A stretch of DNA of 54,392 nucleotides, from NCBI GenBank assembly GCA_037446775.1, contig JBBIIA010000010.1:1-54392 (forward strand). Reading direction: 5' to 3'. This stretch comes from Deltaproteobacteria bacterium. Lineage in GTDB: Bacteria > Desulfobacterota > Deferrisomatia > Deferrisomatales > JACRMM01. Position numbers and translations under genes: made by a program. This document shows, piece by piece, positions 37,701-44,988 of this stretch. Numbering within the stretch: the stretch's first letter is position 1; each line of letters starts with the position of its first letter. Below the pieces are notes generated by a model. That model was given only the letters and a program-made list of their open reading frames with translations. It was not told the DNA's origin and did no database searches.

Positions 37701-39208
37701 CCGTTGGCGAGAAACGACAGGTCGCACTGCTGGCCGATGGCGGGCACCACCGCGTCCACCTCGAGCTGGAACTCCGAGCCCTTCACCGGCACCGGCCGAC
37801 GCCGCCCCGAGGCGTCGGGCTCGCCGAGCGCCATGCGGACGCACTCGATGGCCCGGACCTTGCCGTTTTCGCCGATGACCCGCACCGGCGCCACCAGAAA
37901 CTCCATGCGGACGCCCTCGTCCAGGGCCTCCTCGATCTCCTCGGGGGCGGCGGGCATCTCGGCCCGGCCGCGGCGGTACAGGCAGACCACGTCCTTGGAG
38001 CCGGTGCGCAGCGCCGTGCGCACCGCGTCCATGGCCACGTTGCCGCCCCCCACCACGGCCACCCGGTTGCCCAAAAAGACCTTCTCCCCGAGGTTGATGC
38101 GCTTGAGGTAGTCGACCCCGTGGACGACCCCCTCCAACTCCTCCCCGGGGACGTCCAGCTTGGCGCCCTTTTGGGCCCCCACCGCCACGAAGACCGCGTC
38201 GTAGTCGCGGCGCAGGTCGGCAAAGGCCACGTCGGTGCCCACCGCGGTGTTGAGGCGGATGTCCACCCCCAGGTCGCGGATCGCCTGGATCTCGGCGCCC
38301 AAGACGTCCCGGGGCAGCCGGTACTCGGGGATCCCCGCCCACATCCAGCCCCCCGCCACCGGCAGGGCCTCGAAGACGGTGACGTCGTAGCCCTCGGCGG
38401 CCAAAAAGTACGCCGCGGTGAGCCCGCCGGGGCCGGCCCCGACGATGGCGACCTTCTTGCCCTGCTTCGCCTTCACCTCGGGCACGTAGCGGGTCTCGGC
38501 CTTCAAGTCCAGGTCGGCCACGAAGCGCTTGAGGTGCATGATGTCGATGGGCTCGTCCACCTCGGCCCGCTTGCAGGCGGCCTCGCAGGGGTGGTTGCAG
38601 ACCCGGCCGCACACCGAGGGGAAGGGGTTCTCCTGCTTGATCAGCTTCAAAGCCTCGGCGTACTTGCCCTGGCCGATCAGGGCTACGTACCCCTGGACGC
38701 TGATGTGGGTGGGGCAGGCGGCCTTGCACGGCGAGGTGCCCCGCTTCTCGATGGCGAAGGCGGCGGGGATGGCCTGGGGGAAGTGGCGGTACGCCGCGGT
38801 GCGGGTGGCCAGGCCGCCGTTGAACTCGTCGGGCCGGGGCACCGGGCACACCTTGGCGCAGTCGCCGCAGCCCGTGCACTTGTCCAGGTCGACGAAGCGG
38901 GGGGCCTGGGCGAGCCGCACGGTGAAGCGGCCGGCCGTCCCCTCCACCGCTTCCACGGTGGCCTGGGTAAGGATCTCCACGTTGGGGTGGCGCCCCACCT
39001 CCACGAGCTTCGGCGACAGGATGCACGCCGAGCAGTCGTTGGTGGGGAAGGTCTTGTCCAGCTGGGCCATGACCCCGCCGATCGAGATCCCCTTCTCCAC
39101 CAGGTAGACCTTCATCCCGGAGTTGGCGAGGTCCAAGGACGCCTGGATGCCGGCGATCCCCGCCCCCACCACCATGACTGCGCCTACGTTTGAGCCGTTC
39201 GTCGACAC
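34784..39208 (-). CDS. HdrL-like giant flavoprotein: HdrA module with an inserted GltD/NfnB-like NAD(P)H module, followed by a second HdrA-like module and a 2x[4Fe-4S] ferredoxin tail
   Basis: Uninterrupted 1509-codon ORF. Start chosen at GTG 39208 (AAGGAAG SD 6 nt upstream), giving 1474 aa. Four dinucleotide-binding motifs (VVGAGIAGI, IVGAGPGGL, VVGGGNVAMD, ILGGGLAGI). HdrA signatures: DKTFPTNDCSACIL, QCVGSRD...CSSVCCMY, GVFVCHCGINIGG, QCVGSRT...CSRYCCS. GltD-like signature: GRVCNHPCEAAC. Confidence 0.9.
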   Translation of the reverse strand: MSTNGSNVGAVMVVGAGIAGIQASLDLANSGMKVYLVEKGISIGGVMAQLDKTFPTNDCSACILSPKLVEVGRHPNVEILTQATVEAVEGTAGRFTVRLAQAPRFVDLDKCTGCGDCAKVCPVPRPDEFNGGLATRTAAYRHFPQAIPAAFAIEKRGTSPCKAACPTHISVQGYVALIGQGKYAEALKLIKQENPFPSVCGRVCNHPCEAACKRAEVDEPIDIMHLKRFVADLDLKAETRYVPEVKAKQGKKVAIVGAGPGGLTAAYFLAAEGYDVTVFEALPVAGGWMWAGIPEYRLPRDVLGAEIQAIRDLGVDIRLNTAVGTDVAFADLRRDYDAVFVAVGAQKGAKLDVPGEELEGVVHGVDYLKRINLGEKVFLGNRVAVVGGGNVAMDAVRTALRTGSKDVVCLYRRGRAEMPAAPEEIEEALDEGVRMEFLVAPVRVIGENGKVRAIECVRMALGEPDASGRRRPVPVKGSEFQLEVDAVVPAIGQQCDLSFLANGSGAVVNRWNQIDADPVTFATSLPGVFAGGDAVTGPATVVKAVNAGKEAAVSIDRFLRGEDLAAGRARNWEENLADPGDVSATPKAPRLHMPHLPPAERRTHFREVIQPMTEAQARAEAERCLSCGLCSECYQCVEACIARAVVHDDAPRTVELQVGAVIAAPGFTAFDPAALGEYGFGVYPNVVTSVQFERILSASGPYFGHVQRISDGKEPKKIAFLQCVGSRDVRCGNTWCSSVCCMYATKEAIIGKEHAKALEPTIFFMDIRAHGKDFDRFVERAKKDYGIRYIRSIPSTVKELQRSKNLLLTYVQEDGTSVEEEFEMVVLSVGLTPPAEAPELARALGIELTPSGFCQTSLENPAATSRPGVYVCGAFGGPKDIPETVMEASGAAACVQGLLASQRGTLVAEEELPAEKDLQGTGPRVGVFVCHCGINIGGVIDVPGVAEYAKGLPNVSFVCDNLFTCSQDSAVKMAEAIRDHDLTRVVVASCSPRTHEGLFQENLEKAGLNPYLFEMANIRDQGSWVHMHEPEAATVKAKDLVRMAVAKSAYLKPLKPGQLPVTPAALILGGGLAGITAALTLADQGFDSCIVEKEPELGGNYRHLHFTLEGFDTQKHLRKLLDQVAKNPRITVYTGSRADKIDGFIGNYQTTVATPEGERQFDHGVVIVAAGGQEMEVTDYLYGHSERVVTQRELEGALGEDDPRLGAIKRVVMIQCVGSRTAEHPYCSRYCCSEAIKNALRLKKADPAREITILYRDVRTYGLKEDFYREARELGIQFVRYDEERRPEVFAQGGGVAVRAFDPVLNQPVHLGADLVVLSVGVAPNPENADIGKMLKVPTNQDGFFLEAHVKLRPVDFATDGVFVCGLAHSPKMSDESVTQANAAVSRAATVLTQPYIEAEGKTAYVIKERCMACGLCEINCPYSAIAVDPKELAAVVNTVLCKGCGVCTSSCRMNAVDLNGFNNEEILAQIGAM

Positions 39209-39359
39209 GGGTTCTTCCTTCGGACTCGGCGTGAAGTCGCTACCGTTCGGGTCTTCGCCCGTCGTGCACGGAGGCACAAGGGCGGGCAGGCCCTGCCTTG
39301 TACTAAACGTCACGGGCCGGAGTCAAGGCCCGCGACGGCGGTCGCCCCCGGTATCCGGT

Positions 39360-39416
39360 CCATCCTGTTCATCCTGTCAAAAAAGACCTCCCTCTCGTAC
39401 CTCGACGGGCTGAGGC
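39360..39416 (-). repeat. Intergenic repeat element, copy 4 (left half, reverse orientation)
   Basis: The reverse complement reads GCCTCAGCCCGTCGAGGTACGAGAGGGAGGTCTTTTTTGACAGGATGAACAGGATGG. Begins 3 nt after the stop of gene 39419..39892, in that gene's orientation. Confidence 0.85.
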
Positions 39417-39418
39417 GG

Positions 39419-39892
39419 CTAGAGGGCCCCCCCCCTCTGGCCAAACTGGAGGTGTTCGGTGACCGCCCGGGGGAGTTGGCCGAGGAGGTGTCCGTCCCGC
39501 AGCACTCCCATGCCCACGGCCACCCCCTGGGTTCGCAGGATCACCGGGCCCCTGGGCCCGTCCCAGGGGAGGCTGCGCCCTTCCACCAGGCCGCGCAGGT
39601 CTTCCTCTCCGACGTCCACCACCCGCCGGGTGGCCCAGCGCCCCAGCACCTGGGCGCCCCGGCTGGTCAGCTTGGGGCCCGCCGCGCCGACCTCCTTGAA
39701 CGCCTTGAGGCCGACGGCCGAGGCCGGATACGCCTCGGCCCAGGGCCGGGCCTCCGGGGCGAGGGCGCAGAGGGCCTCCCCCCGGCGCACCCAAGCGTAC
39801 CCCTCGATGACCTCGGGAGGAACGCCAAACCACTCCTCCATGCCCCGGGCCAACCGCCCCACTTCCTCAGGGTCTAGCCAGGCGTGCGACAA
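39419..39892 (-). CDS. Hypothetical protein, possibly a detached RsmF-type C-terminal (PUA-like) domain
   Basis: 157-aa ORF with a TTG start 5 nt after GGAGGG. It overlaps the 3' end of the upstream RNA methyltransferase gene by 26 nt. The function is a guess from position and size. Confidence 0.5.
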   Translation of the reverse strand: MSHAWLDPEEVGRLARGMEEWFGVPPEVIEGYAWVRRGEALCALAPEARPWAEAYPASAVGLKAFKEVGAAGPKLTSRGAQVLGRWATRRVVDVGEEDLRGLVEGRSLPWDGPRGPVILRTQGVAVGMGVLRDGHLLGQLPRAVTEHLQFGQRGGAL

Positions 39893-40805
39893 AGAAGCCC
39901 TCCGAGTCGAAACAGTGGGGGTAGAGGCGCCGGGCCAGGGCGAGCTCTGGGGGGAACTCCTCCCCCTCCCAGCGGGTGAGGCCGGGCTCCGCCGGGAGCT
40001 CCACCCCCAGGGGCTCCAGACGGGCGCCGGTTTCGGCCAGAAACGGCCCGACGACGCCCTCGTTCTCCTCGGGCGCGTAGGTGCAGGTGGAGTAGACCAG
40101 GGTTCCGCCCGGGGCGAGGAGCTCGTAGCCCCGGCGCAACAGCGCGCCCTGCTGGCGGGCGAGGTGGCGCCGCAGCCCCGCGGAGGGGGGCTGGGGGCGG
40201 GCCCGGGGCCCCCGCCAGGTCCCCTCCCCCGAACACGGGGCGTCCACCAGGACCCGGTCGAACTTGCGCCCCAAGGGGAAGTTCTGGCCCGGGTAGCCGG
40301 TGACGACGGCCGCGGTGAGCCCCAGGCGATCCAGGTTGGCCGTAAGGGACTGGAGCCGCCGGGGGTTCGGTTCGTTGGCCACCACCGCTCCCCGATCCCC
40401 CATCGCCTGGGCGAGCAGGGTGGTCTTGGACCCCGGCGCCGCGCACAGGTCGAGGACCGCCTCGCCGGGGCGGGCCCCCAGGGCCAGGGCCGCCACGGCG
40501 GAAGAGGCGCTCTGCAGGTAAATCAACCCGAGGGCGTGGAGGAGGGTCGCCCCCAGGGCCCGGGGTGGCTCCCCTTCGACCCGGAGCAGAAACGGGCACC
40601 ACGGCTCGGGGCGGGTCACCACGCCCTGGGCAGCCAGGGCAGCCGCGACGCCCCCCACCTCGGCCCGCAGGGTATTCACCCGCAGGTGGGCCGGAGAGGG
40701 CCGCGCCACCGCCGCGAGGAACCCGGGGAAGTCGGGGACCAGCCCCTGGTAGCGGGCAAACACCCGCCCGTAGCGCCCGCCCCGATCCGGCGCCTCACCG
40801 GTCAC
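39867..40805 (-). CDS. NOL1/NOP2/Sun-family RNA cytosine-C5 methyltransferase (RsmB/RsmF-like)
   Basis: VLDLCAAPGSKTT (SAM motif), VLVDAPCSGEGTWR and LVYSTCTYAPEENE catalytic Cys motifs. The GTG start 40805 overlaps the upstream TGA (GTGA). Confidence 0.88.
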   Translation of the reverse strand: MTGEAPDRGGRYGRVFARYQGLVPDFPGFLAAVARPSPAHLRVNTLRAEVGGVAAALAAQGVVTRPEPWCPFLLRVEGEPPRALGATLLHALGLIYLQSASSAVAALALGARPGEAVLDLCAAPGSKTTLLAQAMGDRGAVVANEPNPRRLQSLTANLDRLGLTAAVVTGYPGQNFPLGRKFDRVLVDAPCSGEGTWRGPRARPQPPSAGLRRHLARQQGALLRRGYELLAPGGTLVYSTCTYAPEENEGVVGPFLAETGARLEPLGVELPAEPGLTRWEGEEFPPELALARRLYPHCFDSEGFFVARLARP

Positions 40806-41560
40806 CACGCCCCCACCGCCACCGGGGCGAACCCCGCGAAGTCGGCGCTCACCAACAGGTAGGTCACCCCGCCCCGGACCCCGTAGGGGTTGGCGAAGCC
40901 CTCGGCGCCCCGCCCGTGGAGGTGGCCGAACACCGCGCACTCCACCCCGTAGCGCTCTAGGAGCCGGGTGACCGGGGTCTCCTCCAGGGCCGGCGAGGTG
41001 GGGGGGAAGTGCAGGAGGGCGATCCGCCGCCGGGCATCACCGCCGAGGCACCGCAGGCTCGCCTCCAGCCGGTCGAGCTCTCGCCGGTAGATCTTCTCGT
41101 CGTCCTCTCCCCGGATGCCCACCAGGCGATCGGGGCCCTCCTCCGCTTCCGGGGGGCTCGGGCCCAGGGCCCGGAAGTCCAGGGTCGGATCGACCCACCC
41201 CCGGGCGCCGGCGAACCCCACCCCGTCCAAAACCACGGCGTCGTGCTGGAGGGCGTAGGTCTCCGGCGGGAGCGCCCCCCGCACCTTGCCGATGGCGCCC
41301 CACCAGTAGTCGTGGTTCCCCTTCACCAGCACCTTGCGCCCGGGCAGCCGCCCGAGCCACGCCAGGTCGGGCGCCGCCTCGGGGAGCTTGAGCGCCCAGG
41401 AGAGGTCCCCGGGCAGGCACACCACGTCCTCGGGCATTACCCGCTCCCGCCAGGCGGCCTCCACCCGGGCCTCGTGGGCCCGCCAGTGATCCCCAAACAC
41501 GTCCATGGGCTTGGGGCGAGCCAGGGAGAGGTGGAGGTCGGAGATGGCCCAGATGCGCAC
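40802..41560 (-). CDS. Calcineurin-like metallophosphoesterase
   Basis: MRIWAISDLHL...LPGDLSW...VKGNHDYWW...GHLH motifs. GTG start. Confidence 0.85.
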   Translation of the reverse strand: MRIWAISDLHLSLARPKPMDVFGDHWRAHEARVEAAWRERVMPEDVVCLPGDLSWALKLPEAAPDLAWLGRLPGRKVLVKGNHDYWWGAIGKVRGALPPETYALQHDAVVLDGVGFAGARGWVDPTLDFRALGPSPPEAEEGPDRLVGIRGEDDEKIYRRELDRLEASLRCLGGDARRRIALLHFPPTSPALEETPVTRLLERYGVECAVFGHLHGRGAEGFANPYGVRGGVTYLLVSADFAGFAPVAVGAW

Positions 41561-41671
41561 CGGGAAACCCTCGGCTCGAGACAGGGGGTGGCCGCCCTTC
41601 GCCCTGGCGACGGGAGGGCACGCGCCTTTATACTGGCTCGCCCCCCGGTTGCGCGAGGAGAAACCACGCCT

Positions 41672-42352
41672 ATGGCCGCCCTGCCCCCCGGGTACGACGT
41701 CGCCAGGCGCCGCTGGTCCCTGGGGGGGACCGAGGTCGACCTGTACCAGATCGCCGACCCCAACGCCCTCGCCGACGCCGTGGGCCCCGAGGTCTTCGCC
41801 GAGGACGAGCGGTTTCCGTACTGGGCCGAGCTGTGGCCCTCGGCGGTCGCGCTCGGCACCTTCGTCTTGCGCCGGGGCGTGACTCCCGGCACCGCCGCCG
41901 TGGAGCTCGGCTGCGGCCTCGGCCTGGCCGGGGTGGCGGCGGCCCTAGCGGGGGCCGAGGTCCTCTTCACCGACTTCGACCCCGACGCCCTGGCCTTCGC
42001 CCGGGCCAACCACGCCTTGAACCTGGGGCGCCCCGGCGGGACCCGGCTCCTGGACTGGCGCGCCCCGGACCCGGGGCTGTCGGCCCCCCTGGTGCTGGCC
42101 GCCGACGTCTTGTACGAGCGGCGCTTCCTCGACCCCTTCGTCGACACCCTCCGGCGCGTGGTCGCCCCGGGCGGGGTAGCTCTGGTGGCGGAGCCCGGGC
42201 GGACCATCGCCGAAGGCACGGTGGAGCGCCTCGCCGGGGAGGGCTTTCGCCACCTCCTCCACCTGGAAGAGGTCCCCCTCGGGGGGCGCCTCCACGACGT
42301 CTGGATCCACGAACTCCAACGGCCTGCGCTAGGCCAGGAGGGGGCCCCGTGA
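41672..42352 (+). CDS. Class I SAM-dependent methyltransferase (protein-lysine MTase / Methyltransf_16-like)
   Basis: 226 aa from MAALPPGYD (ATG 41672). WPSAVAL...VELGCGLGLAGVAAA...LAADVLYE pattern. Confidence 0.75.
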   Translation: MAALPPGYDVARRRWSLGGTEVDLYQIADPNALADAVGPEVFAEDERFPYWAELWPSAVALGTFVLRRGVTPGTAAVELGCGLGLAGVAAALAGAEVLFTDFDPDALAFARANHALNLGRPGGTRLLDWRAPDPGLSAPLVLAADVLYERRFLDPFVDTLRRVVAPGGVALVAEPGRTIAEGTVERLAGEGFRHLLHLEEVPLGGRLHDVWIHELQRPALGQEGAP

Positions 42353-43431
42353 CCCGATCGCCCCTCGCGACCTCCCTCTGGCTCGCCCTCGGGGGGCTCG
42401 GCGCCCTGTGGCTGGTGGTGCGCCTGGACGCGGTGGTGACGCCGCTCCTCGTCGCCTGGTTCGTCGCCTACGCCCTAGACCCCCTGGTGGACCGGCTGGA
42501 GACCTGGCGGGTGCCCCGGGCGGCCGGAGTGGTCCTGGTCCTGCTGGGGCTCGGGCTCCTCGCGGCGGCCGCCGCCGTGCTGGTGGCCCCGGCCCTGGCC
42601 GAGCAGGTGCGGGGCGCCGCCCGGGCCCTGCCCGGCTACGTCCGCTCGGCCCAGGAGACCCTCCTGCCCCGGGCCGAGGCGTGGCTCGGGCGGCCGCTCT
42701 CCGCCGAGCTCGCGAGCCGCGCCGACGAAGCCGCCCGCCAGCTCCAGGAGGCCCTCCCCGCGGTGGTCTCCTGGGCCGTCGGCGCCGCCCAGGCGGTCTT
42801 CGCGGGCGCCTGGGGCCTGGTGGCGGCCCTTCTCGGGTTCGCCCTCATCCCGGTCTTCGCCGCCTACCTTTTGCTGGACTTCAACGGCCTGGGGCAGCGG
42901 CTGGTGGAGCTCGCCCCGGCCGCTTATCGAGAAGGCGCCCAGCGGTTCTTGGAGCGCGCCGACGGGGTGCTCGGGGCCTTCGTCCGCGGGCAACTGACGG
43001 TGTGCGCCGCCCTGGCGCTCCTGTACTCCCTGGGGCTCACCCTGGTGGGCATCGACATGCCCTGGGTGGTCGGCATCCTGTCGGGGGCGCTCTTCCTGGT
43101 GCCGTACCTGGGGACCGTGGTAGGCATCGTCTTGGGCAGCGTGCTGGCGCTCCTCAAGTTCCACGACCTGGCCCACCTCCTGGGGGTGTGGGGGGTCTTT
43201 GCCGTCGCCCAGCTGCTGGAGGGCTTCCTGCTCACCCCCCGGGTGGTCGGCGACCGGGTGGGCCTCCACCCCCTGGCGGTGATCGTCGCCATCCTCGCGG
43301 GCGGCGAGCTCTTCGGCTTCGTCGGCATCCTCTTGGCGGTGCCCGGCGCGGCGGTGCTGCGGGTAGCGCTGGCCGAGGGACTAGAGGCGTACCGAGGGAC
43401 GGCGGCGTACCGGGGGCCGGGGAGCCCCTAA
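42349..43431 (+). CDS. AI-2E family transporter (PerM/YhhT-like permease)
   Basis: 360 aa with multiple TM segments and a C-terminal GLHPLAVIVAILAGGELFGFVGILLAVP motif. The GTG start overlaps the upstream stop (GTGA). Confidence 0.85.
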   Translation: MTRSPLATSLWLALGGLGALWLVVRLDAVVTPLLVAWFVAYALDPLVDRLETWRVPRAAGVVLVLLGLGLLAAAAAVLVAPALAEQVRGAARALPGYVRSAQETLLPRAEAWLGRPLSAELASRADEAARQLQEALPAVVSWAVGAAQAVFAGAWGLVAALLGFALIPVFAAYLLLDFNGLGQRLVELAPAAYREGAQRFLERADGVLGAFVRGQLTVCAALALLYSLGLTLVGIDMPWVVGILSGALFLVPYLGTVVGIVLGSVLALLKFHDLAHLLGVWGVFAVAQLLEGFLLTPRVVGDRVGLHPLAVIVAILAGGELFGFVGILLAVPGAAVLRVALAEGLEAYRGTAAYRGPGSP

Positions 43432-43467
43432 AGCCGCCGTCCACCTCGTCCACCCCGCCAACCACCC

Positions 43468-44841
43468 CTAGTCCAACCGCGGCACCGCACCCGGGGGGCA
43501 GTCGACCCGGGCCCGGGCTTCCTTGAGCTTGAAGCCGGGGCTCCGGGAGCGGGTGTGGCACCCCCGGCACCCCTCGGCCGCGGCGGCCAGGGAGCGGGGC
43601 ATGGGGGCGGCGGGGTGGAGGCTCCCGGGCCCGTGGCACGCCTCGCACTGGACGCCCCCCAGGTCGACGGTCGCCCCCTCGGCCCAGCCTCCCCACTCCC
43701 CGAACCCGGTCACGTGGCACTCCAGGCACTCGGCCCGCCGCCGGTCCCCCGGCGGCAGCCGCTCCAGGGCCCGGGCGTGAGGCTGGGTCCGCCACTGCCG
43801 GTGGGCGTCCGAATGGCACCGCGCGCACTCCCGGGCCGACACGTACAGGGCCCCGCCCTGGCGGACGTTGACCGCCAGTTCCTCTTCGTCCGAGACGATC
43901 CCGTGGGGCACCCGCAGCTTGGCGACGGCGGCAAAGCGGTAGTAGCGGTCGACCAGCCGGCGGACGGCGGGCTCGTCGGGATACTCGGGCTTCATGGCCA
44001 CGAGCCCATGGGTCAGGGCAGCCCGCCCCCCGGGCAAGCCGGTGACGGTGACGTGGCCGAGGTAGCGCCCCAGGTGGGCGACGCTGCCCACCAGCGCCGA
44101 ACCGATCCGCCACGGCAGGCGGACCTTGTCGTCGGGGTCCCCGGCGACCAGGAGGTCCACCTCGTCCACGGTCTTGGCGGCCAACCGAAGCTTCTTGGGG
44201 TCCACCGCCGACAGGACCACCACCAGGTCACACCCGGCGGCCTTCAGCTCCTGGGCGTACCGCTTGATCGCCCCAAAGGTGGGTTCGAGGCGGAAGTCGT
44301 CGCCGAACTCCCGGACCTGCAGGGTCGAGTCGAGGATCCCCACCAGCCCCACCCGAAACCCTCCGGCCCCCACGATCACCCACGGGCGGAACACCGGGTC
44401 CCCCGAGTTGCGGTCGACGAGGTTGGCACACAGGAAGGGAAATCGGGCCCTCGCCTCCAGGGCACGCAAGAACGGCAAACCGGCGGCGAAATCGTAGGGC
44501 CCCAGTCCCATCGCGGCGACCCCGATCTCGTTGTAGGCGTCGATGATGGTCTCCGCCTTGAACCGGAGCTGCTCGGCTTCGATGGGCCGGAGCTGGCTGC
44601 GACCGAAGAGCGCGTTGCCCCCGTCGAGCGCTAGAACCGCCGCGCCCCGCCGCCGGGCATCCTTGACGAAGTGAGCCTTCTTGGCGAGACCGCCAAGTGG
44701 GTTCTGGGCTCACCCGCAGATGCCGACGGTCCCTCGCACCTCCGAGGTGTACACCAGGTGCACGGCCGCGGTCTCCGTCGGCACGACGGCGACCGCTTCG
44801 GAGATCCCGAGGAGCAGCAGGATCAGCAACAGCCACGCCAT
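43468..44841 (-). CDS. Candidate selenoprotein: secreted degenerate 5'-nucleotidase/metallophosphoesterase-like domain fused to a tetraheme cytochrome c; in-frame TGA (44710..44712) read as Sec
   Basis: The ATG 44841 ORF (MAWLLLILLLLGISEAVA signal peptide) continues in frame through one TGA into track ORF 43468..44511. The junction reads ...VRGTVGICG-[TGA]-AQNPLGGLAKKAHF.... The C-terminus has 4 CXXCH sites (CARCH, CLECH, CEACH, CRGCH). The paralog at 44989..46398 has a TGA at the same aligned position. Confidence 0.7.
44680..44697 (-). other. SECIS-like hairpin downstream of the in-frame TGA of the minus-strand paralog
   Basis: CTTGGCG-GTCT-CGCCAAG, a perfect 7-bp stem starting 13 nt after the TGA. 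GGTCT occupies +19..+23. Confidence 0.5.
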
Positions 44842-44899
44842 GGATTTCCTCTCCCGGAGCCAGGTTTTCCTCCTCGCTCCACCCCACGGGTCAGGACCC

Positions 44900-44929
44900 T
44901 TGAACCCTTTATCACAGGTCTGTTATGGT
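44900..44929 (+). promoter_or_regulatory. Possible sigma70-type promoter for the plus-strand paralog (TTGAAC-18 nt-TATGGT)
   Basis: Hexamer matches only. It lies in the 147-bp divergent spacer and is followed by the palindrome TCCCGCG-GT-CGCGGGA (44940..44955), GAGGAG and ATG 44989. Confidence 0.3.
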
Positions 44930-44988
44930 CAGCACGTTGTCCCGCGGTCGCGGGAGAACGCCTATCGCCTTCCCGCCGAGGAGTCAGC

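Noticed and set aside
34784-39313. Selenocysteine codon inside the HdrL-like or MvhD-like genes, since Sec forms are reported for HdrL/HdrA/MvhD in some Desulfobacterota.
   Set aside because: Both ORFs are uninterrupted, and the relevant positions are encoded as Cys (e.g. GVFVCHCG, CTWC). There is no in-frame TGA.
44228-44887. Track ORFs 44228..44887 (-), 44671..45126 (+) and 44681..45247 (+), considered as independent genes in the paralog junction region.
   Set aside because: The first and third are off-frame, low-complexity translations. The second is better explained as the signal-peptide-bearing N-terminus of the TGA read-through gene 44989..46398. Its first 106 codons precede the SD/ATG and overlap the divergent gene.
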